Source of the DNA: Methanocaldococcus sp. 16A
Lineage (GTDB): Archaea > AGJL01 > Methanococci > Methanococcales > Methanocaldococcaceae
Assembly (NCBI GenBank): GCA_049860595.1
Contig: CP187551.1
Strand: one strand, 5' to 3'
Length of the DNA stretch: 64,000 nt
Positions 32,959 to 42,271 of the stretch are shown piece after piece. The notes under the pieces are model-generated. The model was not told the DNA's origin and made no database searches. It worked only from the letters and a program-made list of their open reading frames with translations. How positions within the stretch are numbered: the stretch's first letter is position 1; the number at the start of each line of letters is the position of its first letter. Both the position numbers and the translations under genes were made by a program.

Positions 32959-33333
32959 TTAACCAGGGAAAAGCTTATTTAATTCTTCAAGAACTTTTTG
33001 AGCTTGGAATGGTTTTACAATGTATCCATCTGCACCAGCTTCAATAGCTTCAATAACTTTCTTTTCCTGGTCTATTGATGTGCACATAACAATTTTTACA
33101 TTTGGTAAAATCTTTTTAATTTCTCTTGTAGCAGTGATTCCGTCCATTTCTGGCATGACTATATCCATAGTTATTAAATCTGGCTGTAATTCTTTAGCTT
33201 TTTCGATTGCTTCTTTCCCATTTGATGCCTCACCTACGACTACAAACTTACCAGTTGGAGTCAATATCTTTTTTAAGATATTCCTCATGAATGCTGAGTC
33301 ATCTACCACTAATGTCTTTACTATAGTTGCCAT
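32959..33333 (-). CDS. cheY: Chemotaxis response regulator
   Basis: VVDDSAFMR, DLITMDIVMPEMDG, YIVKPF. Confidence 0.95.
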   Translation of the reverse strand: MATIVKTLVVDDSAFMRNILKKILTPTGKFVVVGEASNGKEAIEKAKELQPDLITMDIVMPEMDGITATREIKKILPNVKIVMCTSIDQEKKVIEAIEAGADGYIVKPFQAQKVLEELNKLFPG

Positions 33334-33441
33334 TTTATCACCAATTGTTATTTATTTTTGACTTTGTATGTATTATTTGGCGTTTTGAGTATAAATAACC
33401 TTATCCTTATAATCTATACTTTGTTATATTTTTAAATAGTT

Positions 33442-34479
33442 TTAAAAGTTTGTTACAATATAGTTAGTTATTGCTCTACCTTTTTCAGATAACTCAACTT
33501 CTTTTCTAATTCTAACAAGATTTAATAATCCTTTTTCTATTAACTCATCTAATATTCTTTCTACTTCATCAACATCCATATTTAACATGTTTGGTAGTTC
33601 GAGTGGGGAAATTCCAGTATATAATGCCATTAGTATCTCTTGCTCTTCAGGAGTTAATTTTTCAACTTCACTTTTTATTTTTTCTCCGGACCAGCTTTCA
33701 GCCGCAAATTCTGAAGTTAATTCATCTTCTGATTTTGGAAGTAAATCTTTTACAGTGTTTTTATACTTAGTGAGTGTTGCAATATATCTAAGCACAAACA
33801 ACCTTTCTCTTTTTTCAATATATAAATAAGATGTTATACTTTCATTAGCTTTTATTTGTTTTATTTCTAAAACTTCTTCTTCTTTGTCATCTATAAGTTT
33901 AGTTTTTATCCTTATGGATTCAATATTGGTAAATAAGTTATAGACTTTTGGTTTTCCATTTTCTAAAACAGCCACTGCTAATATTTCTCCACTGGATAAT
34001 GCACTTTTTCTTTGAACAAATATTAAATATCCATCTTCCCATTTAACATTTGGGTCAATACTACCTCCTTTTATTGCACCATATTGAATTTTTATTTCCT
34101 TTTTATTTAATAAAACATAAAAGACTTTTCTTAAGAAATTTTCTACAGGTTTTCTTCCATATATTGATGTTTCTGGGGAAAAACCAACCATAATTTTGTC
34201 AGATTCAGGGGGGCGAAAAGTTATGGAGGAATGATAAGTAATATCTTCTAATGCTGATTTCGCCACTTCTATGGCTCTTCTAGGCAACTCTGCCCCAACA
34301 TCTTCAATATATTGAAGTTCTACTTCTATTGTTTTATTTGAAAACTTGAATTCAATTTTGTCTTCATATAATATAATATCAAGTTTTTCCCATTTTAAAA
34401 CAGGGTTTTTTATTGTGTATTGATTTAGTAAAATACCTTTTCCATGAAATTTTGCAATTTCTTTAGATTTTTTTGCCAT
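33442..34479 (-). CDS. cheF: Archaeal chemotaxis-motor adaptor CheF (DUF439)
   Basis: A.KGG.I...VKWE.G motif, EILMALYTGISPLE and C-terminal wHTH-like region; adjacent to cheY. Confidence 0.85.
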   Translation of the reverse strand: MAKKSKEIAKFHGKGILLNQYTIKNPVLKWEKLDIILYEDKIEFKFSNKTIEVELQYIEDVGAELPRRAIEVAKSALEDITYHSSITFRPPESDKIMVGFSPETSIYGRKPVENFLRKVFYVLLNKKEIKIQYGAIKGGSIDPNVKWEDGYLIFVQRKSALSSGEILAVAVLENGKPKVYNLFTNIESIRIKTKLIDDKEEEVLEIKQIKANESITSYLYIEKRERLFVLRYIATLTKYKNTVKDLLPKSEDELTSEFAAESWSGEKIKSEVEKLTPEEQEILMALYTGISPLELPNMLNMDVDEVERILDELIEKGLLNLVRIRKEVELSEKGRAITNYIVTNF

Positions 34480-34549
34480 ACAATCACCTAATTTTAGAGT
34501 ATTATATGGTTTAATAACTATTAATTAATAATAAAAATTTTATGTATGG

Positions 34550-36031
34550 TTAGTTAGACTGAGATTTAGCATCAGATGTCATTGCGGCACATACTTTATC
34601 AACCTTAAACCTTTCAGAAAGCTCTGTAGCTATTTTAGAAGTTTCTTCTAAATCTCTAATTATCTCTCTAAACTCTCCAATTGCTCCATTTAACTCTTCG
34701 GTTGATGCAGTTAATTCTTCAGCGGTAGCAGCGAACTCTTCAGATATTGAAGCGATGTCTTGTAAATGTCTTAGAGCACTTTCCATATTCTCTGATGCCA
34801 TTTTTGCATTTTCTTTAACAGCCTCTATTTTCTCCATTGCATTATCAACGCTTTCTTTAATCTTTAAGAATGCATTATTGACTTCATCTATTGCTACAAC
34901 TCCTTTATCGACTTCATTTTTTCCAGTTAATCCTAAATCAACGGTTTTTTCAATAGCTTCTCTAATTTCTTCAACAGTTCTATTAATATCATCAACAGAT
35001 TTACCAATTTCTTCGGCTAAGCTTTTAATTTCACTTGCTACAACTGCAAAACCTCTTCCAGCTTCTCCAGCCCTTGCTGCTTCTATAGATGCGTTTAATG
35101 CCAATAATCCAGTTTGTTCAGCAATATCTTTAATAAGTGATGTAATTTCATTGATTTTTTGGCTTTTTTTGCCCAATTCTTCTAAAGCTCTTCCTAACTC
35201 ATCAATAACATTTGCAATTCTTTGCATAGTTTCAATTGCATGTTCTACCTTCTCTAAACCTTTCTGTGAGTTCTCTTCTATTTCATTTGCTGCGTTCGAT
35301 GTTTCTATCGCTGCATTATATACATTTTTCGCAATGTTATCAACTTCTTCAACTTCTTGAGTTATATCTTGTAGTTTGTTTGATTGGTCTGTCGCTGCTG
35401 TAGCTACCTGTTGAGCGGCGTCTGCTATTTGGTCAGATGTTTCCTTTAATCTTTCCACTTCTCCTTTAGCTCTTTTAATTTCATCTTCCAATTTAGCAAC
35501 AATATTTATTAACTCACAAATCATCATTGAAAGTTTATCAAGAGCTTTGTTAATCAATTTTTGGATTTTATTTCTTTCTCCACTTTCATCCATTCTTACA
35601 GTTAAGTTTCCGTTTATTATTGCATTCATAACATTTTCAATTTCTTTTAATAACTTTCTTAATGCTTTTCTACTATTTTCTATTTCATCTACTTTACTTT
35701 TAAAGTTTAAATATACTTCTTTTATATTATAGTATATCCTTCCAATTTCATCATTTTTATTGAATTTTATTTTTAAATTCCTTTTTATATCAGTCTTACC
35801 TTCAGCGAATTCTTTTGTAATTCTTTCAAGCTCACTTAATTGGTCTAATACGGTCTTTTTCATTATTATAGCAAAAACCCCTCCCAAAATGAATGCTAAT
35901 ATATTAAATATAATTATCAATTTAAATAAACTGCCGTTTGATGAATATATCATGAAAACTGAGAATAAAAGTATTAAGAGAATATACGTTCCAATTACCA
36001 TAAATATCTTTGTTTTAACATTAATATTCAT
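34550..36031 (-). CDS. Methyl-accepting chemotaxis protein (2 TM, almost no external loop, HAMP domains)
   Basis: [30 protein letters not shown]; NDEIG HAMP motif. Confidence 0.95.
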   Translation of the reverse strand: MNINVKTKIFMVIGTYILLILLFSVFMIYSSNGSLFKLIIIFNILAFILGGVFAIIMKKTVLDQLSELERITKEFAEGKTDIKRNLKIKFNKNDEIGRIYYNIKEVYLNFKSKVDEIENSRKALRKLLKEIENVMNAIINGNLTVRMDESGERNKIQKLINKALDKLSMMICELINIVAKLEDEIKRAKGEVERLKETSDQIADAAQQVATAATDQSNKLQDITQEVEEVDNIAKNVYNAAIETSNAANEIEENSQKGLEKVEHAIETMQRIANVIDELGRALEELGKKSQKINEITSLIKDIAEQTGLLALNASIEAARAGEAGRGFAVVASEIKSLAEEIGKSVDDINRTVEEIREAIEKTVDLGLTGKNEVDKGVVAIDEVNNAFLKIKESVDNAMEKIEAVKENAKMASENMESALRHLQDIASISEEFAATAEELTASTEELNGAIGEFREIIRDLEETSKIATELSERFKVDKVCAAMTSDAKSQSN

Positions 36032-36193
36032 TCATTTCACCTATCCCTACAACCTTATACAACATATTACGGCAAGTTATTTTGTAATAGAATGGACATA
36101 ATGATATAATCTATGTAATAACTATGTGCTTAAGTAATATATATTATTTATTACAAATAATATTTTACAAATAATATTAGATATTGCAATAAT

Positions 36194-36766
36194 TTGAGGT
36201 GTTTATATATGGAAAGTTCTCAAAATATAAATAATAAAAATAATTTAGATATTGCTGTAAAATTAGATGAATCTATTAGATATTTACTAAAAAGTGCTAA
36301 AAATTTTAGAAAAGGAAACGAAGACATGGCTAATTTAATATCTCAGTTGTATTCAGTTTTAGATAATGTTGAAAAAACTATAAACATTGTAGAGGAAAAA
36401 TATTACTCAATGTTGGAGAGATATAAGAATGGAAGAGAAATTAACTATATGATTCTTGAGAAATTTGTGGAGAATTTGGAAAATTTAACACATGTTATTG
36501 ATAATGTTAAAAAAATATCAAAGAATTTAAATACAGAAATTGATAGGCATATAAGTTCTATGTCTAAGTTGAATGATACTATATCCAAGTTAAAAATTGT
36601 CAATACTGAGACATCAAATGAAGTAATATCTGAATTTGAAAAAGTTTTTATTATTATTAAGGATAATAAAGATAGATTGAATGATTTAATTAATAAAAAT
36701 CATGCATTGGAGAGTAGATTGGAAGAGTTATTGTTGGATATTGATAACATGCTAAAAGAAAAATAA
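36194..36766 (+). CDS. Hypothetical coiled-coil protein in che cluster
   Basis: GAGGTG RBS before ATG at ~36209; heptad-rich helical sequence. Confidence 0.7.
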   Translation: MRCLYMESSQNINNKNNLDIAVKLDESIRYLLKSAKNFRKGNEDMANLISQLYSVLDNVEKTINIVEEKYYSMLERYKNGREINYMILEKFVENLENLTHVIDNVKKISKNLNTEIDRHISSMSKLNDTISKLKIVNTETSNEVISEFEKVFIIIKDNKDRLNDLINKNHALESRLEELLLDIDNMLKEK

Positions 36767-36805
36767 ATAAATATTGAAAATATTAAAACTAATTTTTATG
36801 AGTTT

Positions 36806-37360
36806 ATGTGTAGGGGTGGTTGTATGGGAGATAATAAATTGGATGGGGGGAATAAGGTATTATTGAATGATAGTTTGTTAGAGTCAGAAATAATTGTTGA
36901 TGATGTCATAACAAAACTTGATATGCTAATTTCTGAGATTAATAGCTATGTAATAGAGATACAGTATGGTTTGAACATTACAAATGAAAAAATGAATATT
37001 TCGATTGCTGAACTTCAAGAATTAGAGAAAAAATTAAATGACTACCTTTCATATATGGAGCTTATGAGAAAATCCATTAAAGATACAAATAATATTATGT
37101 ATGAGATAAATAACGAAATTTCAAATATAAAAAATTCTTTAGAGGTTTTATCATTTAGAATGAATAATATAAATGATAGAATTGAGAGTAGTATAAAAAA
37201 TAATGGTAAAAAATTGAAAAAGTTATCAGATACTCTAAAGTTAATAAATAAAAATCAAAAAATGTTATTTGAAACTGTAAAATCTACAAGGCTATTAGTA
37301 TATACTGTAGCAATTATAACAATTGTAAATATGTTGGTTAATTTTAATAAGATATTTTAA
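36806..37360 (+). CDS. Hypothetical coiled-coil protein with C-terminal TM anchor
   Basis: GGGGTGG RBS; long heptad repeats; C-terminal LLVYTVAIITIVNMLV. Confidence 0.7.
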   Translation: MCRGGCMGDNKLDGGNKVLLNDSLLESEIIVDDVITKLDMLISEINSYVIEIQYGLNITNEKMNISIAELQELEKKLNDYLSYMELMRKSIKDTNNIMYEINNEISNIKNSLEVLSFRMNNINDRIESSIKNNGKKLKKLSDTLKLINKNQKMLFETVKSTRLLVYTVAIITIVNMLVNFNKIF

Positions 37361-37562
37361 TAGGACTTTCGCAGGAATAACTATAGTTGTGTGCAAAATA
37401 AAATAAACTTTAAAAAGGAAAATTTGAATGCCTTCCTTTTGGAAGGCATTCATTAGTACCTTATTCACTATAAACACTTTTGCACACAACTATAATAATA
37501 ATGAACTTTGATGCTTTTAGCATAATAAATACCTTAAATGAAATATAAATTGTGAAAGTTCC
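37361..37562. mobile_element. MITE-like family A copy interrupted by a family B element
   Basis: TAGGACTTTCGCAGGAATAA ... TATAAATTGTGAAAGTTCC. Confidence 0.7.
37382..37494. mobile_element. MITE-like family B element, 113 bp
   Basis: Perfect 17-bp TIRs TATAGTTGTGTGCAAAA / TTTTGCACACAACTATA; central hairpin TGAATGCCTTCC-TTTT-GGAAGGCATTCA. Confidence 0.85.
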
Positions 37563-37857
37563 AATATATTCCATAAAAAACATTATTCCTGAATTCAGAC
37601 CGTTAAAGATGGCCAAAAGTCATCTATATAGCATTAATTATATTTTATTTATGCGAAAGTATTATTTTTAATTCTATTTTTTTATTTGTTTCATTGTAGG
37701 ATATCTAATTGGAATCTACATAAAAATAAACACAAAAACATTATCAATATGTAATATTATAACATTGTTTTAATTACTGGTTAGAAAGTCTATTTAAAGA
37801 AAGTTAGATAATTATTTTGAAATTCTTATTATAAATACAGCTAATTTATTTTGTTTT

Positions 37858-38616
37858 TTGGTGATTTTTATGGAATTTGATGAGAAATTAAAGGAAATCA
37901 CTAAAAAAGCAAAAAATAAAGAAGAAAAGGATAATTTAATTGATAGAATTAAAAATTTAGAAAAAATGGCTACTGAGCTTTATAATAAACTAAAATCTGA
38001 AAAATCGGAATCTGATGAAAAACCCAGTAAGGAAGAGAATAATACTGAAATACTTCAATATCAAAATAATAATCAATATACAAATCAATATTCTGAAGAA
38101 ATAAAAGAAATTAATAATAAACTTGATAAAATTATTAATATTCTTAACAGCAACAATTATGAAAAAATTGAAAAAATGTTAGGAGAAGTATTAGATAAAT
38201 TAGAGAACAAAAAATATGTTAATCTCTCAGAAGAATCTATAAATCAACTTTCAAACAAAATAAAACAAATCTATGATTCTTCAAAGAATGAATTATTTGA
38301 AAAATTAGATGTAATAATAGACCACATAAATAAATATTCAGAAAAATTGGATGTGCTATCTAATGGGATTGATAATATAACTGAAAAAATTGATAAAATG
38401 TCAGAGAAAATTTCAGATTTGCTCGATAGTGGAGGAGTTAAAGTAATTGATATCATAAAACTAATAAAAGAGATTTATAAAGGAATTAACGAAATAAAAG
38501 AGATTTTAAATAACCGTGAAAAAGAAAATATGGACAGAGCTATTGAAATTATAGATGATTTAAATACTAAAATAGATAGTTATCTTGTAGAAATTGAAGA
38601 AGGAATAAAAGCATAA
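37858..38616 (+). CDS. Hypothetical coiled-coil protein in che cluster
   Basis: GGTGA RBS; repetitive heptads (KLD..I, EKIDKMSEKISD). Confidence 0.7.
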   Translation: MVIFMEFDEKLKEITKKAKNKEEKDNLIDRIKNLEKMATELYNKLKSEKSESDEKPSKEENNTEILQYQNNNQYTNQYSEEIKEINNKLDKIINILNSNNYEKIEKMLGEVLDKLENKKYVNLSEESINQLSNKIKQIYDSSKNELFEKLDVIIDHINKYSEKLDVLSNGIDNITEKIDKMSEKISDLLDSGGVKVIDIIKLIKEIYKGINEIKEILNNREKENMDRAIEIIDDLNTKIDSYLVEIEEGIKA

Positions 38617-38623
38617 AGGTTTA

Positions 38624-40459
38624 TTAGACCTTAAACCTACTTGCAGATTCTGCAAGTTCATTTGAAATTTCAGTTACTTTTTCTGTAGCTTTACTTATCT
38701 CATCTATTACTCCATTTAACTCTTCAGTTGATGCAGTTAATTCTTCAGCGGTAGCAGCAAATTCCTCTGATATTGAAGCTACATCTTGAACTTCTCTTAA
38801 AGCATTTTGTGTGCTATCAGCTGCTTTTTGAGCATCTTCTTTTATCTTTTCTATTTTTTCCATTGCTTTATCTACGGCCTCTTTAATTTTTAAGAATGCA
38901 CTATTAACTTCGTCTATTGCTATAACTCCTTTATCTACTTCATCCTTTCCAGTTAATCCTAAGTCAATAGTTTTGTTTATTTTATCCTGAATTTCAGTTA
39001 TTGTTTTGTTAATGTCATCGACAGATTTACCAATTTCTTCAGCTAAGCTTTTGATTTCACTTGCTACAACTGCAAAACCTCTTCCTGCTTCTCCAGCCCT
39101 TGCTGCTTCTATAGATGCGTTTAATGCCAATAATCCAGTTTGTTCAGCAATATCTTTAATAAGTGATGTAATTTCATTGATTTTTTTACTTTCATCACCA
39201 AGTTCTTGGATTGCCTTACCCAACTCATCTATAACATTAGTTATTCGTTGCATGGTTTCAATTGCATGTTCTACTTTCTCTAAACCTACTTGTGAACTTT
39301 CTTCAACGTTATTTATTGCTTCAACTCCTTCAATTGCAGATTCATAAACGCCACTTGCAATATGAGACACTTCCTCAAGCTCTTGAGTTATATCTTGAAG
39401 TTTAGTTGATTGGTCTGTTGCTGCAGTAGCTACTTGATTAGATGCATCCGCTACTTGGTCAGATATCTCTCTTGCTCTATCTATTTCTTCTTTAATAGTA
39501 TTTACTTCATTAGTTATACTAATAACTTTTTCTTTTAGTTCTTTTATAATGTTTGATAAATTGTCTAATGCACTATTAATTACTTTATAAATTTCTAATT
39601 CTTCACCATTTTCTACTTTTAACCTTATAGATAAGTCCCCATTTGCGATTTTAGCCATAGCTTCTGTAATTTTTTTGAAGATTTCTTCAATTTTTTCTTT
39701 ATCCTTTTTTTGTTTTTCCATATCTTCTTTTAGGTTATTAATAACTTTTTGAATGTTTTCAAATACTTTTCCAATTTCATCATTACTGAATTTTATATTT
39801 GGCTTTATATCATATTCTTTATTAGCCAATCTTGCTGAAATTTTTTCAAGTTCTTTAAGTGGGGCTAATATGGTTCTATTTACAATAACTATTGATATAA
39901 CTCCTATCAATAATCCCAATACTGTTGAGGCAATTGCCATATTATTTGAAAATTCAATTTTTTTGTCATATAGTTCTTGATATAACATTACTGCTTTATT
40001 CATTTCAGATAATAATTCCATGTTATGTTTTTCTAAGTAATCTAAAGCTTCTTTAAATTCAGGATCATCAGGATTTTTTGTGTATATTATTTTTATTTTC
40101 TCGTAGAATGGTTCCCACATCTTTTTTACTTTAAGTAGTTGGGATTTAACTACATCAGGAGCTGGAGGAAGTCCCAATTCTTCATTACCGGATATTAAAC
40201 CATTTAAGGTTTTATCGAATAATTCTGCAGTTTCTTTTAATGTTTTTCTATATTCATCATGTCCTGTTGCTACCATGAAAGATTCTTTTGTCATTTTTTG
40301 TATTAACATTCTCTGTTTTCCTGCAATATTGATTACCTTCCCATCATCTTTCATAGTGTTATGTACTAAGATAACAGTAAATGATAATCCAGCAATTATA
40401 ATTATTAAAATTGCTAAAATTGCTAAAAGCTTGGTCTTTACAGAGATATTTTTAAGCAC
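38624..40459 (-). CDS. Methyl-accepting chemotaxis protein with PilJ/NarX-like extracellular sensor
   Basis: TM1, [16 protein letters not shown]2, HAMP (NDEIG), MCP signalling tip. Confidence 0.93.
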   Translation of the reverse strand: MLKNISVKTKLLAILAILIIIIAGLSFTVILVHNTMKDDGKVINIAGKQRMLIQKMTKESFMVATGHDEYRKTLKETAELFDKTLNGLISGNEELGLPPAPDVVKSQLLKVKKMWEPFYEKIKIIYTKNPDDPEFKEALDYLEKHNMELLSEMNKAVMLYQELYDKKIEFSNNMAIASTVLGLLIGVISIVIVNRTILAPLKELEKISARLANKEYDIKPNIKFSNDEIGKVFENIQKVINNLKEDMEKQKKDKEKIEEIFKKITEAMAKIANGDLSIRLKVENGEELEIYKVINSALDNLSNIIKELKEKVISITNEVNTIKEEIDRAREISDQVADASNQVATAATDQSTKLQDITQELEEVSHIASGVYESAIEGVEAINNVEESSQVGLEKVEHAIETMQRITNVIDELGKAIQELGDESKKINEITSLIKDIAEQTGLLALNASIEAARAGEAGRGFAVVASEIKSLAEEIGKSVDDINKTITEIQDKINKTIDLGLTGKDEVDKGVIAIDEVNSAFLKIKEAVDKAMEKIEKIKEDAQKAADSTQNALREVQDVASISEEFAATAEELTASTEELNGVIDEISKATEKVTEISNELAESASRFKV

Positions 40460-40670
40460 TTTCCCACCCCAATATTATATCTAATAACGTAATAACATCA
40501 CTTAATAACATTCCTGTTCAATATTTTATACTAACAATTTTATTAATTCCAATATTCTGTATTTAGTCTTTCTTATGTATATTTTTTTAGTGTAGATACT
40601 TATGTAGATAAAGATAACTACCAAAAAATTTTTAATTTTAAATTATATATTTTTATTTTGAGGTGAAATA

Positions 40671-41120
40671 ATGGCGGAATCCGAGACTATGAAAATTGTT
40701 GTATTTAGATTAGGTAGTAATGAATATGGGTTAAAAGTTGATGAAGTTAGAGAAGTTTTGAAATTACATAAATCTGACATAACCCCTCTTCCAAATGCTC
40801 CAGGTTATGTGGTTGGAGTTACAAATATTAGGGGGGAAATTACTCCAATTATTGATTTAAAAGGAAAATTGGGAGTATATGAAAATGTTGAAGATGAAAA
40901 AGATGAGAAACTTGTTATGGTTATTGAAATCAACCAACAAACTTTTGGAATCTTAGTTGATGGTGTTAATGATGTTATGCAAATATCTTCAGACCAAATT
41001 ACTCCAGTATCAACTATAAAAAAAGCAGCAAGTGGTGACTATATTGATGGTATTATAAAAATAGACAATAGATTGATAATTTTATTAAATATTTCAAATT
41101 TGTTAGATTTGGAGATGTAA
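40671..41120 (+). CDS. cheW: Chemotaxis coupling protein
   Basis: VVFRLG.NEYG, PNAPGYVVGVTNIRGEITPIIDL, GILVDGV. Confidence 0.96.
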   Translation: MAESETMKIVVFRLGSNEYGLKVDEVREVLKLHKSDITPLPNAPGYVVGVTNIRGEITPIIDLKGKLGVYENVEDEKDEKLVMVIEINQQTFGILVDGVNDVMQISSDQITPVSTIKKAASGDYIDGIIKIDNRLIILLNISNLLDLEM

Positions 41121-41149
41121 CATTTAGATTATAAAGTAGTGGTGGAATA

Positions 41150-42268
41150 ATGACACTACAAAAAAAAATTAGAGTACTTGTTGTTGATGATTCTGCATTT
41201 ATGAGAAAGGTTATATCAGATATTCTGAATTCAGACCCAGAAATAGAAGTAATTGCCACAGCAAAAGATGGAGTTGAAGCTGTTGAGCTCGTCCAGAAAT
41301 TACAACCAGATGTAGTTACAATGGATGTTGAAATGCCGAGAATGAATGGTTTAGATGCTGTTAGAAGAATAATGGAAATAAGACCTACACCAATTGTAAT
41401 GCTTTCTGCGTTAACAAAGGAAGGTTCTAAGATTACATTTGAAGCATTAGAAGCAGGAGCGGTTGATTTCATTTCAAAACCTTCAGGAAGTATTTCATTA
41501 GATATTAGAAAAATTGGAGAAGATATAATTAAAAAAGTTAAACAAGCTGCAAAAGCTAAGGTAGTTAAGAAGATCAGAATAACTACTACATCAAAACCCA
41601 CTACTGAAAGCGTTAAAGAAGAAACAACTGTTTCACAAATGTCTTCTGTTACAGGAGAATTAATGGTTCCTGACAGTAAATTAAAAGAAATGTGTGTAAT
41701 AATTGGTTCATCAACTGGTGGGCCACCAGTAGTTACAGAAATTATTTCAAAATTACCAAAAAAAATGCCTCCAATATTTGTTGTTCAGCATATGCCACCA
41801 GGATTTACTAAATTATTTGCAGATAGGATAAATCAAGTTTCAAAACTTAATGTTAAAGAGGCAGAACATGGAGAAAGAGTTATGCCAGGTTATGTTTATA
41901 TAGCTCCTGGAGATTACCACATGCTTTTGGTCAAAAGGGGAGATAATGTTTATATCTCTTTAGATAACAAAATGCCAAAAGTTAATGGAACAAGACCTGC
42001 AGTAGATATCACAGCTGAGTCAGTAGCTAACATATATGGAGGAAAATCTGTGGGGGTTATATTAACAGGTATTGGTAAGGATGGAGCTTATGGATTTAAA
42101 AAAATAAAAGAAAAAGGGGGAAAAATAATAGCCCAGGATGGAAAAACTTGTGTGGTATTTGGTATGCCAAAAGCAGTAATAGAGTTGGGAATAGCGGATT
42201 TAGTTCTCCCCCCTTCAGAAATACCAAGAGCAATTGTAAAGTTCTGTAAAGAGATATTAGGGGGATAA
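41150..42268 (+). CDS. cheB: Chemotaxis methylesterase
   Basis: N-terminal receiver domain; GSSTGGP, VQHMP, RPAVD, LTGIGKDGA. Confidence 0.96.
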   Translation: MTLQKKIRVLVVDDSAFMRKVISDILNSDPEIEVIATAKDGVEAVELVQKLQPDVVTMDVEMPRMNGLDAVRRIMEIRPTPIVMLSALTKEGSKITFEALEAGAVDFISKPSGSISLDIRKIGEDIIKKVKQAAKAKVVKKIRITTTSKPTTESVKEETTVSQMSSVTGELMVPDSKLKEMCVIIGSSTGGPPVVTEIISKLPKKMPPIFVVQHMPPGFTKLFADRINQVSKLNVKEAEHGERVMPGYVYIAPGDYHMLLVKRGDNVYISLDNKMPKVNGTRPAVDITAESVANIYGGKSVGVILTGIGKDGAYGFKKIKEKGGKIIAQDGKTCVVFGMPKAVIELGIADLVLPPSEIPRAIVKFCKEILGG

Positions 42269-42271
42269 TAT

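Noticed and set aside
37295-37489. 64-aa minus-strand ORF
   Set aside because: Falls within the nested palindromic elements and antisense to a gene end; no RBS or family
37588-37620. Possible solitary CRISPR repeat (AATTCAGACCGTTAAAGATGG)
   Set aside because: Only an 8-nt core (TCAGACCG) matches; palindrome and 3' GAAAC are absent
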